NCBI RefSeq assembly: GCF_006345805.1
Contig: NC_042997.1
Span: 20,150,001 to 20,214,000, forward strand
Reading direction: 5' to 3'
Source of the DNA: Octopus sinensis
Lineage: Eukaryota
DNA length: 64,000 bases
Under the pieces are notes generated by a model that did no database searches, was not told the origin of the DNA, and saw only the letters and a program-made list of their open reading frames with translations. Positions 63,272-64,000 of this stretch are shown one piece after another (position 1 is the stretch's first letter; every line of letters starts with the position of its first letter). A program made the position numbers and the translations under genes.

Positions 63272-63480
63272 TATGAGGGGTTGCTGAAAAGTTCCTGGCT
63301 TCGAGTAAAAGAAAATACAGGAGGATCTGTTAATTATGATTTTATTGAATATATTCCCTTCTCAAATTCACACACTTATTCAGTTTTTTTAAGCCCTGTA
63401 AAAGAACTCGGAAGGTTGGGCCTCCAGCCAGGCCTTTCATGATACCCTTAAAGCTAGGAACTTTTCAAAACCCTGTCCTA
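63272..63480. mobile_element. Mariner-like MITE
   Basis: TA|TGAGGGGTTGCTGAAAAGTTCCTGGCT ... AGCTAGGAACTTTTCAAAACCC..|TA imperfect TIRs flanked by TA; a second copy lies at 47903. Confidence 0.7.
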
Positions 63481-63499
63481 AGGTTTTATGTTTGAATTT

Positions 63500-64000
63500 T
63501 TTTTGGGGGGGGACCAGGTCACAGATTGTGTCCTTAAACATGGTAATTTACTTCCATGTTCCATGCCTCTCTCTTCTCCCTGCTTCTACAGCTAACCTCA
63601 CCTTGTCCTGCCACACTCCCCCCCCACTTCTTCCTACATTCCTCTATCCTTCAACAACTCAAGACACATCAGTCATCACCCTTCAACTCTACCCAACCTT
63701 TTTACAGTTACAGGCTGCCTCCCCATACAATTTTCCAAAGCCTAACCCAAATTCTTCCCAACCATCCACTTCTAGCCACCAGGACCCTTGAGAAGCCACC
63801 TGTACACCTCATTGCGAATATCTATATCTTCATAAATCTTACTGATCAATCTCTCTCCCTTGCCTAAATGTGAATAATGATGCAGCTCTATTACAACAAC
63901 CTGTTCTGTCTCCCTTTCCTATTATATATATCCCCTCATTTCTCAGCATAAAGCCAACCCCCATTCTTGTGAGCAGTACGATAACCTCAATAGTGTTGGT
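63500..64000 (-). mobile_element. Highly degenerate LINE RT remnant (RTE-like), truncated by the window end
   Basis: Weak RKGR..FTFRQ..KDL-like peptide blocks on the minus strand. Confidence 0.3.

Overview
AT-rich eukaryotic genomic DNA, most likely a coleoid cephalopod (Octopus-like). That assignment is inferred from recognising the tRNA-SINE and RTE-LINE families, not from a database search. The window reads as intronic or intergenic repeat landscape. It holds many RTE-clade LINE pieces (ORF2 fragments and (GAT)n-tailed 3' ends) and fragments of R4/Dong, CRE and CR1/L2-group LINEs. It also holds three tRNA-derived SINE families, pogo, mariner and piggyBac-like DNA transposon relics, an LTR-like segment and many microsatellites. 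No host gene, rRNA, tRNA gene or CRISPR array could be identified with confidence, and almost all ORFs in the track are microsatellite, antisense or TE artefacts. The observations most worth follow-up are: (1) a frame-preserving Thr/Asp/Ser-rich 153-nt coding-like repeat followed by a TM-like segment, interrupted by a young SINE with a 16-bp TSD (21.5-22.5 kb); (2) a perfect 176-bp inverted duplication (37487-37662 / 39342-39517) enclosing a candidate 34-nt minus-strand exon; (3) an RTE insertion with a twin-priming-like 5' inversion; (4) a CpG-retaining island with splice signals at 27.0-27.3 kb; (5) a three-level nested TE stack at 50.4-52.8 kb. I found no clear evidence of a novel multi-gene system. 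Boundaries of degenerate repeats are approximate.
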